Under the pieces are notes generated by a model. It was not told the origin of the DNA. It worked only from the letters and a program-made list of their open reading frames with translations, and ran no database searches. A stretch of 63,507 nt of DNA, filler included, from Reclinomonas americana ATCC 50394 (lineage: Eukaryota), in the NCBI GenBank assembly GCA_048213135.1. It is 7 parts of 4 records of this genome, joined end to end, with 100 filler letters (N's around TTAATTAATTAA, not from the genome) between each part and the next. Parts side by side here need not be neighbours in the genome. Positions count along the whole stretch, not along the records: positions 61,925 to 63,507 come from PS015189.1; 6 more parts are not named here. The stretch is one strand, 5' to 3'. A program made the translations under genes and the position numbers. Each line of letters begins with the position of its first letter. Positions within the stretch are counted from its first letter, which is position 1. Shown piece after piece: positions 61,967 to 63,507 of the stretch.

Positions 61967-63507
61967 GTAGAGGCAGCCGTTCTTGAAACTGGTGGGCGAC
62001 GCACTATCGGTCACCAGTCGAATCTCGCAGCGTATTCTGTGTAGCTGGAGGTAGTACTGGAATACGCGGACACTCTCGTTGGTCGTCAATATCTCCCCTT
62101 GACTGCACACACAAACAAACAAACAAACAGTTGTTTGAGACGACACTCTCGCTCCCAGCCTCCCATGCGAACTTCACACCTCTGCTCCAGGTACGCGCTC
62201 TCCGAGCCGTACTCTTCAATCACGCGATTGAGAATGTACTCGGCCTGCTTGACGTACTTGTTGGAGACCACGGCAAAGGTCGCCAGCAACGACTGCGCCT
62301 TCTTCAGATTGGCGTACACAAAGTGCGGGTTGCTGGTGCGCGTAGCATCCGCAAAGAAGGCCTCCTTTTGCCCGCGCTCGTTCTCTGGAAACACGGCCGA
62401 ATACACCGGGCGACCACCTCTCTCTGTCACGGTGAGTGTGAGTGCACACCACCTCACATGCATTCAGTCGCAAATCAGACGCAACTCTTGCCGCCGCCGC
62501 CGCCGCCGCCGCTGCCTTCCTTGTCGCTCTTTGCGGCCTTCTTGCGAGCAGCCGGTTTCGTCTCACCGCTGGAAGCAGTCGTGCCAGCAGCGTTGGACGA
62601 CGAGACCGGTGCGGACGCAGCAGCAGCGAAGCTGGATGTCGGGAAAGACGACGCCGCCAGAGTTCCGGAGCTGCGTCGACGTTGCCGCAGTGCAGCCTCT
62701 GGTGGCACCTGCCAGCACACACAACAGTGAGTTGGGGGCTGAAGGGAGGTTTTCGCATTCACATCACCAACCTCTGGCTCCGCGGCTAACTTGACAGACT
62801 TGGCGGTCTTCTTGCGCTTCTTCCTCGGCACAGACGCAGAACGCGCAGCCGCCGCTGGAGGTGCAAGTGGTGGTGGCGGTACTGCAGACGGGGCGACAGG
62901 CTGTGCAAGGATGAGCAAGTAAGATCACTGCAAGGGGCGTTGGCGGCGATGCGTGTGCGGACACGTAACTTGAATATCACCGACAATCACATCGGTGGAC
63001 AGCACGCGAAGGCCACCAACGCCGGTGGTGCTGGTCTTGATTGTCACTCGCGAACCTGCAGGCTGGCTTCGAGACCTCGCGTCCACGCTGTTCGAGGCAG
63101 GACCAATGGCGTTGTCTACGATGCTCTCCGCATTGAAGTTCGGTGGAAACACTGGCAGTCTGCCGTTGTATCTCGCCCCTCGACGTGCAGCGCGGGATGC
63201 CCTGGTCGCGGCCGACGGCAGCACCACCGGTGGTGGAATCGCAAGGCCACCGCCGGCAGTCTTACCCGCGACCCGCACTGATGGAGGTCGCCGAGCGGGC
63301 GCCGCAGCCGTCGTGCCCACTGCACCAGCGCCACTCACTGCTCCCTCGTCGTCGCCTGCATCCAACTCCTCGCCCTCCTCACCACCGTACTCGCCCTCTT
63401 CGTCGTCCGCATTTTCCCCATCGTAGTACTCCTCATTGTCCTCGTCATCATCCACTCCCTCCTCGTACTCCTCATCTTCCTCCATATCTTCGTATTCTCC
63501 CTCCCCA
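61967..63507 (-). CDS. MATCAP/KIAA0895 (DUF1704)-like tubulin carboxypeptidase, partial at both ends
   Basis: After a long acidic, disordered N-region: FPENERGQKEAFF..SNPHFVY..YVKQAEYILNRVIEEYGS..GEILT, matching the recalled MATCAP pattern; the catalytic HExxxH is not in the window. Confidence 0.7.

Noticed and set aside
12608-63507. Cytoskeletal gene cluster (VASP-like, ARPC3, dynein, MATCAP-like)
   Set aside because: The genes lie on different spacer-separated contigs with unrelated genes between them; linkage is not established.

Overview
Draft genomic DNA from an intron-rich, flagellated eukaryote (organism not identifiable from the sequence alone). It has many N gaps and six artificial TTAATTAATTAA contig spacers, so gene order across those spacers is not reliable. 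Manual splicing gives about 16 genes or fragments: peroxisomal D-amino acid oxidase, mitochondrial intermediate peptidase, an orphan membrane protein, an Ena/VASP-like actin regulator, an F-box fragment, a giant FN3-repeat surface protein, UFD2/UBE4, ARPC3, an ER thioredoxin-fold protein, an ankyrin/coiled-coil/IRAK-Pelle-type kinase, a claudin-like protein, an ELO elongase, an LRR protein, a gamma-type dynein heavy chain 5' end and a MATCAP-like peptidase. The strongest unexplained signal is in splicing. About 24 of roughly 100 introns use a conserved atypical donor, H|GTTGCG(T), with no G+5 and almost never G-1, which looks like the ordinary GTGCG donor shifted by one base. Many long introns also have a purine-rich 5' arm and a pyrimidine-rich 3' arm. 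All exon boundaries and family calls are manual inferences; no searches were run.
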